From Octopus sinensis (Eukaryota): a DNA stretch of 64,000 bases. The position numbers were made by a program, and so were the translations under genes. The stretch covers positions 14,632,001 to 14,696,000 of the forward strand of contig NC_043000.1 in assembly GCF_006345805.1 (NCBI RefSeq). The letters run 5' to 3'. A model generated the notes under the pieces. The model was not told the origin of the DNA. It made no database searches and was given only the letters and a program-made list of their open reading frames with translations. Shown in pieces: positions 13,181-24,729 of this stretch. How positions within the stretch are numbered: the stretch's first letter is position 1; each line of letters starts with the position of its first letter.

Positions 13181-13583
13181 GGAGTGGCTGTGTGGTAAGT
13201 AGCTTGCTAACCAACCACATGGTTCTGGGTTCAGTCCCACTGCGTGGCACCTTGGGCAAGTGTCTTCTACTATAGCCCCGGGCCGACCAATGCCTTGTGA
13301 GTGGATTTGGTAGACGGAAACTGAAAGAAGCCTGTCGTATATATGTATATATATGTATGTGTATGTGTGTGTGTTTGTGTGTCTGTGTTTGTCCCCCTAG
13401 CATTGCTTGACAACCGATGCTGGTGTGTTTACGTCCCCGTCACTTAGCGGTTCGGCAAAAGGGACCGATAGAATAAGTACTGGGCTTACAAAGAATAAGT
13501 GCCGGGGTCGATTTGCTCGACTAAAGGCGGTGCTCCAGCATGGCCGCAGTCAAATGACTGAAACAAGTAAAAGAGTAAAAGAG
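13181..13583 (+). mobile_element. SINE family A, near full length
   Basis: GGAGTGGCTGTGTGG A-box, GGGTTCAGTCCC B-box, central (TA/TG)n, (GAGTAAAA)n tail. Confidence 0.9.
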
Positions 13584-14493
13584 AGAGTATGGAGGAAGAG
13601 GTGAGAAGAAAGAAAGAGAAGATAATGAGATAAATGAAGAAGGAAACAAAAGGTGAAAACTTAAGGAGAGAGAGAGGAAAAAAAGAAAAGATGAGACAGA
13701 AAGAAAAACGAAAGAGAACATGATGATTTCTGCATTTGGTTTGAAGCATTATTCGATTTCCAAAGAGATCTACTCTAAATGGCTGGAAGAATCAGGAAAA
13801 TAGCTGAAGAAAAACATTAGAAGTAGGAATAATTGGCTTCTTAGAAAAGTCAAGAGGATTACATTGGGGAACTAAAGCATTCTTCAGATCAGTTCTGCAG
13901 AAACAAAAGTAGCAAGTAAAAGGATCAAAGACATCATAGTATTTAGGAGCAGGCTGGGAGTTGAGAGGTGGAAAGGTCAAACGACAGCAGTACTTTCAGT
14001 GAAATATCAGAGGTTCAGGGATGTGATGGAGGCATAGATAACTCAGTGTGTAATGAATTGGTGTGGAGAAACAGGTATAGCTGGGCTGTGTGGTTAAGTA
14101 GCTTACTTCCAAAACACATGGTTTCAGGTTCAGTCCCACTGTGTGACAACTTGGTCAAATGTCTCTTACTATAGGCCCAGGCTGACAAAACTGGATTTGG
14201 CATACAGAAACTGTAAAAAAGTCTGTCATGTCATCATCATCATTTAAAGTCCATGTTCCATGCTGACATGGGTTGGACAGTTTGGCAAAGATATGTCAGA
14301 GGACTGTAGCATGCCCAAGTGTCTACTTTGGTATGGTTTCTAGAGCTACATGTACTTCCTAATGTCAACCACTTTCTAGTGTGTACTGGGTGCTTTTCAC
14401 ATGGCACCAGCTCTAGTGAGGCCATTATGCAGCTTGCAAGTCAAAAAGCCCGATGAGGAAGGATGTTCCCTCTGTGTGTTAGATGAGGATTAA

Positions 14494-14684
14494 CCCTTTT
14501 CTTACCATATTTCTGTTGAGATGCCCTGTGTTTCAATTAATTTTAAATATAACAAAGAATTTAGTAAAATAACTTGGTTATCATTAAGCTAGTGTTAGTA
14601 ACATAAACTGCGATTAAGGTTTGGTGGAAGATTTTAATTCAGAACTTTTGAAAACTACTGAGCCAGGTAGGTTGGTATCAAAAG
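14494..14684. mobile_element. TTAA-flanked MITE family 1 (piggyBac-type), degraded
   Basis: TTAA-CCCTTTTCTTAC start; body matches 43846-44066. Confidence 0.7.
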
Positions 14685-14807
14685 TGGAGGCTGGAGCAGA
14701 ACAGGTTCCTGATGGATGGATGGATGTATTAGTGTTTGTTTTTATATTCAATTAGCTGGTTGAAACTTTGAAGTCACTGTCAATACTATTCTTGTGTGTG
14801 TGTGGCA

Positions 14808-15048
14808 TCGTCCGTTTTTCTGTCCCTGTTTTGTATACATTCGATCCTTCTTCCAAGAAATCTAATGCTCATAGATTAGTTTTTCCTTGGGGCTGGCCGG
14901 ATCAGAGCGATCTCAAGATTAATCAGCCGGAATTGCTAGGATGATCCGGTTCTTGACTGAAGATTGAAGGCTTCCAATGTCCCGTCCGTGTTTTTTGTAT
15001 CGTCTTCTAAATGTTTTACGTTCTTGTCCCAGTTTGTATTTTTCTACA
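14808..15048 (+). repeat. Structured dispersed repeat (family F), copy 1
   Basis: Colinear similarity to 17040-17372; abuts a (TA)n tract. Confidence 0.75.
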
Positions 15049-15483
15049 TAAAATAATATATATATATATATATATATATACATTAATAATAATAAAGAGC
15101 TTGGAGACTTATACACCCACAAAATCTATTTTATAGTTACTGACAGCATATTATGATGACTTACACACGTTTCCATTGCAGTGACCACTCACTGTTGCAG
15201 ATGCAACCTTGCAATATTGTCACTGCAACTTCAGAGTTTTGTCCATTTGGTCTTCCTCGAAGCATGTGCATATATATGAATTCATAATATTAATATATAC
15301 TCCAGGCAACCTTTATTGTCTAGCATAGGACATGTGGAATTACCCACAGGAAGAATTCATGGAGTGACTAACAACTAATAGATACAGACGTTAGATACTG
15401 ATCATCATGGTTAGCCATCAACTGAGAGCTAACAAGGTATCCGCCTGGATAATATATCCCACCAAACTCTCTTTATATATATA

Positions 15484-15977
15484 CTAGCAGTATTGCCTGG
15501 CGTTGCTCGGGTTTGTAAGGGAAATAACTATATAAGCATTTTTAGAGAGTTACTTCCCTTATAGATGCCAATTCGGGCTTTCTTAGCCATTTCTGTTTTG
15601 GTGTCTTCAAGCCATGAAGTCGTTCTAAAAGAACGCTGGTCTCCTTGACAACGCTTTACGACGTTGATTTCCTTACACTCCCTTCCCCACAGCTTCACGA
15701 GGGAGGGAAGAAGGGGGAGAAGCAAACAGGTGCAGGTGTGACCATGGACGCCAACTCCGCCGCCATCGACACACGAAAAATTATGCATTAAAATGGAATA
15801 AAAAATTATGTTAAATTATTTTTAAAATCGTAGACTCATCGTAGACGCGCGCTAATACTCAGACGGGCTCGATATGAATCACAACTATAAGATACCCGAA
15901 TTTGGTTAAACTGCACCGCAAAATGTGGGAGTAGTTAGGAATCTAAATCGAAGGGGACAGACACTCACACAACTACA

Positions 15978-15990
<13 letters not shown>
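15484..15990 (-). mobile_element. Non-autonomous Helitron, copy 2, with a unique ~220-bp GC-rich interior
   Basis: CTAG end and hairpin at 15484-15512; 5' terminal ~200 bp shared with copies 1 and 3. Confidence 0.8.
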
Positions 15991-16013
<23 letters not shown>

Positions 16014-16109
16014 ATTGTAGCCCCAAGAGGACACCTCCTCCAGCTGGCTTTCTGTGCCCTATCAGTATTTGCAAAGGGAAGCCATCCTTCCCGTCTTCAA
16101 CCTATGATA

Positions 16110-16154
16110 CACATGGACTCGAGTTTCTGAGTATTGACTCGTCATCAGCATGTG
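16110..16154 (-). ncRNA. Candidate minimal type I hammerhead ribozyme
   Basis: CACAUG-CUGAUGA-C-GAGU-CAAU-ACUC-A-GAAAC-UCGA-GUC-CAUGUG: canonical core, GUC triplet, 6-bp helix I. Confidence 0.7.
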
Positions 16155-16306
16155 ACAATCACGAGTTGTCGATGAAAAGTAGGCCTCCCTTTGCAAATAT
16201 TTATCCTTTTTCCAGTGACGAAAAGTCAATGATATTGAAAAAGTGTACACAAGCAATAATAAATCTCTGAGCGAGGTATAAACAGTAGCTGCAACACATC
16301 GTGAAG

Positions 16307-16344
<38 letters not shown>

Positions 16345-16984
16345 GGCTTCTTTCGGTTTCTGTCAACTAACTCCACCCAGAAAGACTTTGGTTGGCCCAA
16401 GTCTATAGTAGAAAACACATAAGCTATCATGTAGTAAGGCTGAGCCCAGAACTAAGCTTCTTCACCACACAGCCATGCCTGCACATATCATAGCAATGGC
16501 ATCACGTTTCACAGAAACAATCTACTTTCATTATTTTGTTTTTTTGTCGAGAATTGCATCTAACACCACTTATGTTGGTTCCACGATCAGTTGTCAATTC
16601 ACAATCATTACTAATAGAGTTTGGAATGTTATTTAGTACTTGAGGGATTAATCTTGTATTTTGTTCACTGTCATTATTTGCATAATTGCTTATTTGACCT
16701 GGATGAGCAAGTATATCCTGTTCATCCTAAAGCATCATCATTATTTGATGTCCACTTTTCCATGCTGGCATGGGTCAGATGGTATATCCAAAGAGGCAGA
16801 TTTTCTACAGCCAGAAGCTTTTCCTGTGCTCATCTTCACCTGCTTCCAAGAAAGGTAATACTTCACCATGGAAGACAGGAAATGAACATCAAGATAAGGG
16901 TACACATATGCATGTACACATATTTATTTAGCATTTCATACCCAAACTATTATATCTATCTACTTTGTTTATCTACATAATTGC

Positions 16985-17024
<40 letters not shown>

Positions 17025-17039
17025 TTCGTCCTTAGTCGA

Positions 17040-17372
17040 AAGACACCTGTTGTTATGTCCTGTCATTATTTTTATTGTATTTGTGTAACATTGCCAGTTT
17101 TTTCCCGTCCTTGTTTTTGTATACATTCGCTGCTTTCTTCCAAGGAATCTAATGCTCTTAGCTTAGTTTTTTCTTGGAGCTGGCCAGATTGGAGCAATCT
17201 CAAGTACAACCAGGCAAAATTGCAAAGATAATCTGGAGCTTGACTGAGGAAAGAAAACTCCAAATGACCCGTCCTTGTTTTCTTTGTATCGCCTATCTGG
17301 ATGTTTTGTTGTCCCTTTTTCGTATCACCTAACTGTCTGGATGCTTTGCGTTCTTGTCCCATTTTGTATTTT
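17040..17372 (+). repeat. Structured dispersed repeat (family F), copy 2
   Basis: Similar to 14808-15048; (TA)n on both sides. Confidence 0.75.
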
Positions 17373-18175
17373 ATATATATAAATATATATATACATACAT
17401 GCACACACACATCAAGCTTCTTTCAGTTTCTGTCGACTCACAAGGCTTTGATCAGCATGGGGTTAAAGTAAAGGACATTTGGCCACGGTGCCACACAAGA
17501 GTGAACCTACAACTACAAGGTTGGGAAGAAATCTTCTCAGTTACACTGCCACCACACCTAATATATATACATATATTTAACACATATATATCATACAATA
17601 TAGATCGTATGTGGTCCCACTGCTATCTTCCACTATAGTTGCAGGTAACCAATACATTGTGAGTGATGATAACTGATAGAAACTGAAAGATGCAAGCACA
17701 GCATATATCTGCATATATATGTATGTATGTGTGCATGTGTGTATATTTGAGGTCATGCTTCACCTCATCTTCACATCCATGTGTACTAATAGTAAACAAA
17801 AGCTTCATCAGTCATGCAGACAGTGTTGTTTGTCTGTAGACCACATTGAAAGAATGTCTGGATTTTTTTGACATGTCTCCACATGTTTGCATGCTGATTA
17901 TAATCAAAAGCTTCACCATTCATAGAAACAGCGTTTGATTTTTGCTTTTGTAATCCTATACAAAAGCATGTCTAGGCTGTTTGTCGTTCAGTAGACTGGG
18001 TGACTATTACCTTGCTTGGAAGCAGTTGAATGTTTGTGTCAGGAAAGGCATCCCGCTGTAGAAAATCCTGTCTGAACATAACCCCAACTGATTCATGCAA
18101 ACATGGGAAAGTAGGTGTTAAGACAATGCCAATGAAAATGTTGAGATAAATATGTATGTATGTGCTTTGTATATA

Positions 18176-19046
18176 CAAGGTCTGATCAATAAGTATTGGG
18201 ACTGTTGCTATAGTAATGAAGCTAGAGCATGCAGAGTGAAGCCACTTGGCAAAGATTGATCTTGATCTCTGCTCTGCATGCACACTAAATTTTAACATTC
18301 TAGCTCATTTCTGCTGTTTACAGCAGTGCTTGGAAGGAAGGTGTGTAGCGTGTGATCGTCACATTGACCATGACAGAGAGAGTTGTCATGGCAATACCTG
18401 CTCAGAGGCCTACGCAAAGCTGCAGAAAGTGTATGGAGAGGAGTGTATGAGTGGTTCAGACATTTCCAAGATGGCCAAAAAAATGTCGATATTGATGAAC
18501 GTTCTGGGAGACCCACAACGAGCAGAAATGAGAAAAACATTGCAGATGTGCATGCAGCTGTGAGGGGAAATAGTTGAATCACCATCCGTGAGTTATCAGA
18601 GGACGCGCAGATTAATTACGTTTCAGTTCATCCCAATATCACTGAAGATTTGGGTATGAGACACGTATCTGCCAAGTTTGTGCCCAAACTGCTTTTAGCT
18701 GGCCAAAATGACACTCAGGTTCCAGTTGCACAAGATCTTGATTGTGTCAAGAACAGTGAAAACCTTTTGAAAACTTTGCTTACGCCTCTGCACAGATATC
18801 GTCAAGCTCTCGGCAAAATTTGATGCAGATTCTCTGCTCAACTTTCTGTCATGTTCATTGTGACGATCACATGCTACACACCTTCCTTCCAAGCACTGCT
18901 GTAAACAGCAGAAATGAGCTAGAATGTTAAAACTTAGTGCACATGCACAGCAAAATTTAAGGTCAATCTGTGCAAAGCAGCTTCACTCTGCATACTTTAG
19001 CATTGTTACTATAGCAACAGTCCGGATACTTTCTGATTAAACCACA
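18176..19046 (+). mobile_element. Mariner-derived non-autonomous element with ~200-bp inverted arms and an N-terminal transposase remnant
   Basis: TA flanks; VYEWFRHFQDGQKNVDIDERSGRPTTS (HTH region) and SAKFVPKLL (WVPHEL-type motif); the right arm is an inverted copy of the left end. Confidence 0.85.
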
Positions 19047-19081
19047 TATATGAATGTATATATGTATGTGTATTTGCATGC

Positions 19082-19122
<41 letters not shown>

Positions 19123-19126
19123 CAGT

Positions 19127-19415
19127 GAAGGCACATGGCTTAGAGTGCCAAGCTTACAATCGTGAGGTTGTGAGTTCGAATCCCGGCGTATTGTTTTCAT
19201 GAGCAACACACTTTATTTCACGTTACTCCAGTCCACTCAGCTGTAGAAATGAGTTGCAACATCACTGGTGCCATGTTGTATGGGCCTTTGCCTTTCCCTT
19301 GGATAACATCAGTGGTGTGGAGAGGGAAGGCTGGTATGCACGGGCGACTACTGCTCTCCCATAAATAACTTTCTAGGTGCAATCCCATGGTCAGTCTTGA
19401 CCAAAGGGGGTCTCA
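19127..19415 (+). mobile_element. SINE family D
   Basis: B-box GAGTTCGAATCCC and the shared CORE-like domain. Confidence 0.8.
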
Positions 19416-19451
19416 GAATATGTATACATAATGTTTACAACTACATATATT

Positions 19452-19810
19452 CTTTTATTTGTTTCAGTCATTCGCCTGCTGCCATGCTGGAGTACCATCT
19501 TGAAGGCTTTTAGTGAATCAAGTCAACCCCAGGACTTATGTCTTAAGCCCAGTACTTTTGCCGAACCGCTAAGTTACAAGAATTTAAACACACCCACACC
19601 ACTTGTCAAGCAATGATGGGAGATAAACCACAGACACAAAGGCACACACATATGCATATATGATGGGCTTCTTTCAGTTTCCATCTACCACATCCACTCA
19701 CAAGGCTTTGGTCAGCCAGAGGCTATAGTAGAAGACACTTGCCTAAAGTGCCATGCAGGGGGACCACGTGGTTGGGAAGCAAGCTTCTTACCACACAGCC
19801 AAACTTGTGC
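19452..19810 (-). mobile_element. SINE family A, diverged
   Basis: Reverse similarity to family A. Confidence 0.8.
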
Positions 19811-20000
19811 CTAGTATATTTTGTGTGTACAGTTCAATGTACAACTGCAGCAGGTGAGTTTAGAACTCTATGTAGATTATCATCATACACTCTGCTTCTA
19901 GTATAGTGGTTGGGTTATTAGGGTACTGAGTAGTATTAGTAGTTATGATAATACAGAGTAAATGTAGAAGAAATTATGATGAATGCAAGTTTATATAATA

Positions 20001-20378
20001 CTAGCAGTATCGCCCGGCATTGCTCGGGTTTGTAATGGAAATAACTATATAAGCATTTTTAGAGAGTTATAGCAAAAAAATGCATTAAAAATGGAAAAAA
20101 AATTATGGTAAATTTTTTTTTAAATCGTTGACTTATCATAGACATTTTTAGAGAGTTACTTCCCTTATATAATAGCGAAAAAAATGCATTAAAAATGGGA
20201 AAAAATGATGGTAAATTTTTTTTTAAATCGTAGACTCATGCTAATACCCAGAAGGGCTCGACATGAATCACGACTATAAGATACCCGGTTTTGGTTAAAC
20301 TGCACCGCAAAATGTGGGAGTAGTTAGGAATCTAAATCGTAGGAGACAGACACACAACTTCTCTTTTATATATAAAGA
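20001..20378 (-). mobile_element. Non-autonomous Helitron, copy 3
   Basis: Minus strand A|TC...CTAG|T; internal ~90-bp tandem duplication. Confidence 0.85.
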
Positions 20379-20412
20379 TGTATGTTTTGCTGTTGTAGCC
20401 ATTTGGAGCAAA

Positions 20413-20558
20413 GTGCAATTGGATGCTAAACCGCAACGAATCAACAGGGGAACATTTTGTTGCATTGTGTTACAGAGATCAAAGAAATTTGATCCCTGTA
20501 ACATAATGCACTAAAGCGTTCCCTTGATGATCCGTTGTGGTTAACCATCCAATTGCAC
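20413..20558. repeat. Imperfect ~146-bp palindrome (foldback)
   Basis: GTGCAATTGGATG...GATCAAA-GAAA-TTTGATC...CATCCAATTGCAC. Confidence 0.85.
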
Positions 20559-21199
20559 ACGAAATATCCAATGCAGAGATTCCTAACATATGTAGGGAAC
20601 AAATGAAATAGACTGGTGTTTATCAGAGTTTACTTGTGTGTGTGTACACATACGCATACAGGAATAAAAAAATTGAACAGAAGTATGACAAAGAGCCCAC
20701 AGAAGATATAGACATGTTTATCCCACATAATCTTGTGCCATTTATATGTATGTATGTATATATATATATATTTTTTTTTTTTTTAATTATTTGAATGATA
20801 TATTCCTCTATACAAAATCAAACAAACCCCTTTTTACATATATATATATATGTATATATATATACATATATATATATAAAGAGGTTTGTTTAATAGTGTA
20901 TAGAGGAATATATTATTCAAATATTTGATATTCAATAAGACAATCAATACTTCATTTCATTTTACTCATCATCATCATCATTTAGCGTCTGCTTTCCATG
21001 CTAGCATGGGTTGGACGGTTCAACTGGGGTCTGTGAAGCTGGAAGGCTTCGTCAGGCCCAGTCAGATCTGACAGTGTTTCTACGGCTGGATATATATTAT
21101 TTGTACTATATATTCTACATTAATATTATAAGAATATAAATAAACATAAAAAACAGAGTTGGAATTCCTTTAAATAATATATATAATCATCATATAATA

Positions 21200-21930
21200 T
21201 TCACTTTCCATGCTGGCATGGGTTGACATGGAGCTGGCCTGTTGGGGAGCTGTTCAGACTACAATTATCTGTTGTGGTTTGGTTTCTACAGCTGGTTGCC
21301 CTTCCTAATGCCAATGACTTAACAGAGTGTGCTGGGTGCTTATTACATCTCACCGGCACGGGTGCATTTATGCAGCATTGACACAGGTGCTTTTTATGTG
21401 GAACTGGCACTTGAAAGAACAGGCCTGCATATATGGAGGACAGTGGTTTTATACTTAGCTTCACGTGTTTTATCAAGTACAGCAAATTGCCACATCTCCC
21501 AGTCTCTTGTCATTTCCTCAGTAAGGCCCAGCATCCAAAGATCCTTTCTCACCACTTTGTCCCGCATCTTCTTGGATCTACCCCTTCCACAAGTACACTC
21601 CACTATTAGAGCTTGGCACTTCTTTACGTAACTGTTCTCATTCACAAGCATCACACAACCAAACCATTACAGTCTTCTTTCTTGCAGACAATATCGGATG
21701 CCTCTTATACATACTTTTCCTCTTAAATCATTTACATTCTGTCTTGCATGCATACTGGATATTACCCATCCAGCAGAGCATACTAGCTTCATTTATTTCC
21801 AGCTTTCACAAGTCTTCTGTAATTAAAGCCCATGTTTCACTGCCATGTAAACATGGCTTAGCTGTATGTACACAGGCACAATACAATCTGCCTTTCACTC
21901 TGAGGGAGAGGTCCTTAGTTGCCAACAACT
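21200..21930 (-). mobile_element. RTE LINE 3' fragment with a family-C-like 3' UTR
   Basis: LSLRVKGRLY...LHGSETWAL and CGRGRSKK..DKVVRKDLWMLGL...W are RTE ORF2 C-terminal motifs, with stops. Confidence 0.8.
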
Positions 21931-22764
21931 TTGCCCAACCCCTGTGCCTATAGATATTTATTGTATTTTTACCATCATCATGTTGTTTAATGTCTGTTTT
22001 CCATGCTGGCATGGATTAGATGGTTTGATAAGAACTGGCAAGCAAGGACTGCACCAAGGGCCAATCATCTTCTTTGGATATCCTTCTCGATACCAGCCAC
22101 TTTACAGAGTGTACTGGGTGCCTTTTATGCAGCACTAGTAAGGTTACCATGCAAATTGCAAGACAAGTTGAAGGGGTAGTACAATTGAGGGAAATGGCTT
22201 TAAGCCAGGTGATGAGAGGTTAAGAAATGACTGAGTGTCAAGAACAGTGTCATACTGTAGGGGAGATATGTGGTTATCTCAGTTGGAAAAGGAAAAGGAA
22301 GGGGTTGAGTGAAGATGCATCAGGATACACCCTCAAGTTATAGGAAAGTGGATATAAAAGAACGGCACAAGTGGCTAAGTTAGTTTATGGAGGCATGAGA
22401 GGAGAATGGCAGCTGGGACCAGAGGGGTATGCAGTGAATGATAAACATGGGTCGGGGCATAGTCAATCATGAAATAAATATGTATGCATATATATGTGTA
22501 TGCCATCATTATCATTTAATGTCTGCTTTCCAAGCTGGCATGGGTTGGACAGTTTGACATGGTTTCTATGGCTGGATGTCCTTCCTAACACCAACCGCTT
22601 AAAAGAGTGTGCTAGGTGCTTTTTTAGTGGTACCAGCAACTGAAAGGACAGGGCTGGTATGTGAAGAAAACAGTGATTTTACTTAGCTTGATGTGTCTTA
22701 TCAAGTACAGCAAATCACCACATCTTCCAGTCCCTTGTCATTTCCTCAACACACACATACATTT

Positions 22765-23040
22765 TTACTTGTTTCAGTCATTTGACTGTGGCCATGCAGG
22801 AGCACTGCCTTTAGTCAGACAAATCAACCCCAGAGTTTATTCATGGGAAGCCTAGTACTTATTTTATTGGTCTCTTTGCCAAACCACTAAGTTATGGGGA
22901 TGTAAACACACCAACATCAGTTGTCAAGCGATGGTAGAGGGACAAACACAGACACACATATGTATGTATATATATATATATATGTATGTGCATATATATA
23001 ACAGACTTCTTTCAGTTTCGATTTACCAAACCCACTCACT
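22765..23040 (-). mobile_element. SINE family A, partial
   Basis: Reverse similarity to family A. Confidence 0.8.
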
Positions 23041-24729
23041 TGGTAGTTGTTCAGTCAGCCAGAAATAACCATTCTTTCTCAGGCCACTGACCAGTAGACA
23101 CTGGCTAATGAGCAAGCTCTTTCAAGGAGACACAAGCACACTGCCTGCATTTCTTCATGATGATGCTGTTGATCCTGTCCCAGTTGCTTGATGTGTCTAC
23201 TATGTTCCAGTTTTACGGATGTGATACAATGTAAATGCATTCCATGATTCAAAGGAGTTTCTATAGGCTTGGGTTCAACAATAGCTTCATAGAACTAAGT
23301 AGATGAGAAACAAACCATCTTCTAGGTAAGGCATTAGTCTGTAGCAGTAGAAATTCCCAAGTGTTCCGATATATATTTGTGATAGCTGCATGAAGTGATA
23401 CAATACAAATGAAAATGATGTGTTCAGAATCAACACAGAGCACTTGCAGTAGTTTTCCAACTCACCACCTATCAGTAAGTAGTCCAATCCTTTTTCTATT
23501 TGGTTAGCTTACCATACCAATGATATAATTGCCACATCACTGTATTCTCATTTCAGTGGAAGAACAAAATGTTTCTGACGTTTCTAACAAAGGAACAGTC
23601 ATTTGAGACCATATGCTTAACAAGTGTATTGTCAAAAGAAATACATGGCTCTATAAAGACCAAAGAATGAAACAGGTTGAAGATTTGTTTTTAAAAGGCC
23701 GATAGTCGAATAAAAAAGGAAAACACCTTGATCTTTCAAAGAACTTGCCACCAATAGATTCCTCCAACATATGAAGATAAATTCGCTCAAAATTACCTAC
23801 GCCTACAATTAATTCTAAGTTCCCTCTCTGCTATCACCGATGCATTTTTATCACGTTTATCATAAGCGCAAAACCACATATTTTTAGGAAAGGAGTGTAG
23901 TCCATTTAATCGCCCCCAGGATTATAATGATTATCATTTACCATTGACGAATGAAAGCTGCCCCCAGCAGGATTTTTATTTGGCAAGGTTTAATAACGAT
24001 TTTTAGGATTCGTTAGGATGTAATGATAATATGATTTCCAACTTTGGCACAAAGCCACAAATTTAAAAATAAATCGGAAGTAAAACAAGCCTAAAAATAT
24101 ATTACTTAGTAGCTCAATAAATTATCGAACTGACAATGAGAAAAAAAAAAAAATATTGCATTTGCAAATTGTCCCAGACTAGAACTTTATAATCATTCAT
24201 ATCAGTTGACCCTTCTTGATGAAGTTCAAAATTTAGATTTCATTTATAAATTAGATACGTTAATCACCAGCTTTGTTATTTTCATGTAGTTTTCTTTAAA
24301 TACAGGTTGATACACCTGGAAAAAGAGCTTGACAAATTTACACATTTCTCATAAATTACAACATATTGTCACCAATCTATGAACATTACAGTTTTCTTCA
24401 CCGTGGGCATCTCTTTAAAATACAGGATAATATATCTGACATACCTAACTTAAAAAGGAAAAAAAATTGTTCAATCACTCATACATTGACAATAAAAAAA
24501 ATCCGAGCAATTGATAAATTATCAATCTACATTCTATCAGGAAATAAACGTATTTGGTGCATCATAATTAGATAATACATAGCTACAAAGCACATACTGC
24601 GTGTGGAGTATATAAATATATATATAATGATTATATATAGAGATGATAACTACTAGTATTCGAATCAAAGAACGGATAAATAAGCACGCTAAGATTTTTC
24701 TTCATACGGACATCTTCAAAAGCTATCAA

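Noticed and set aside
12957-13749. Recurrent ORFs such as RHLPKVPRSGTEP and FQSFDCGHAGAPP
   Set aside because: Translations of SINE family A, repeated at every copy
13740-14060. Possible CR1-like relic on the minus strand
   Set aside because: Motif similarity too weak without a search
23075-23800. Possible minus-strand host exon (donor-like CTTACC at 23508)
   Set aside because: All frames interrupted by stops; may be a decayed L1/Tx1-type LINE but the motifs are too weak to call
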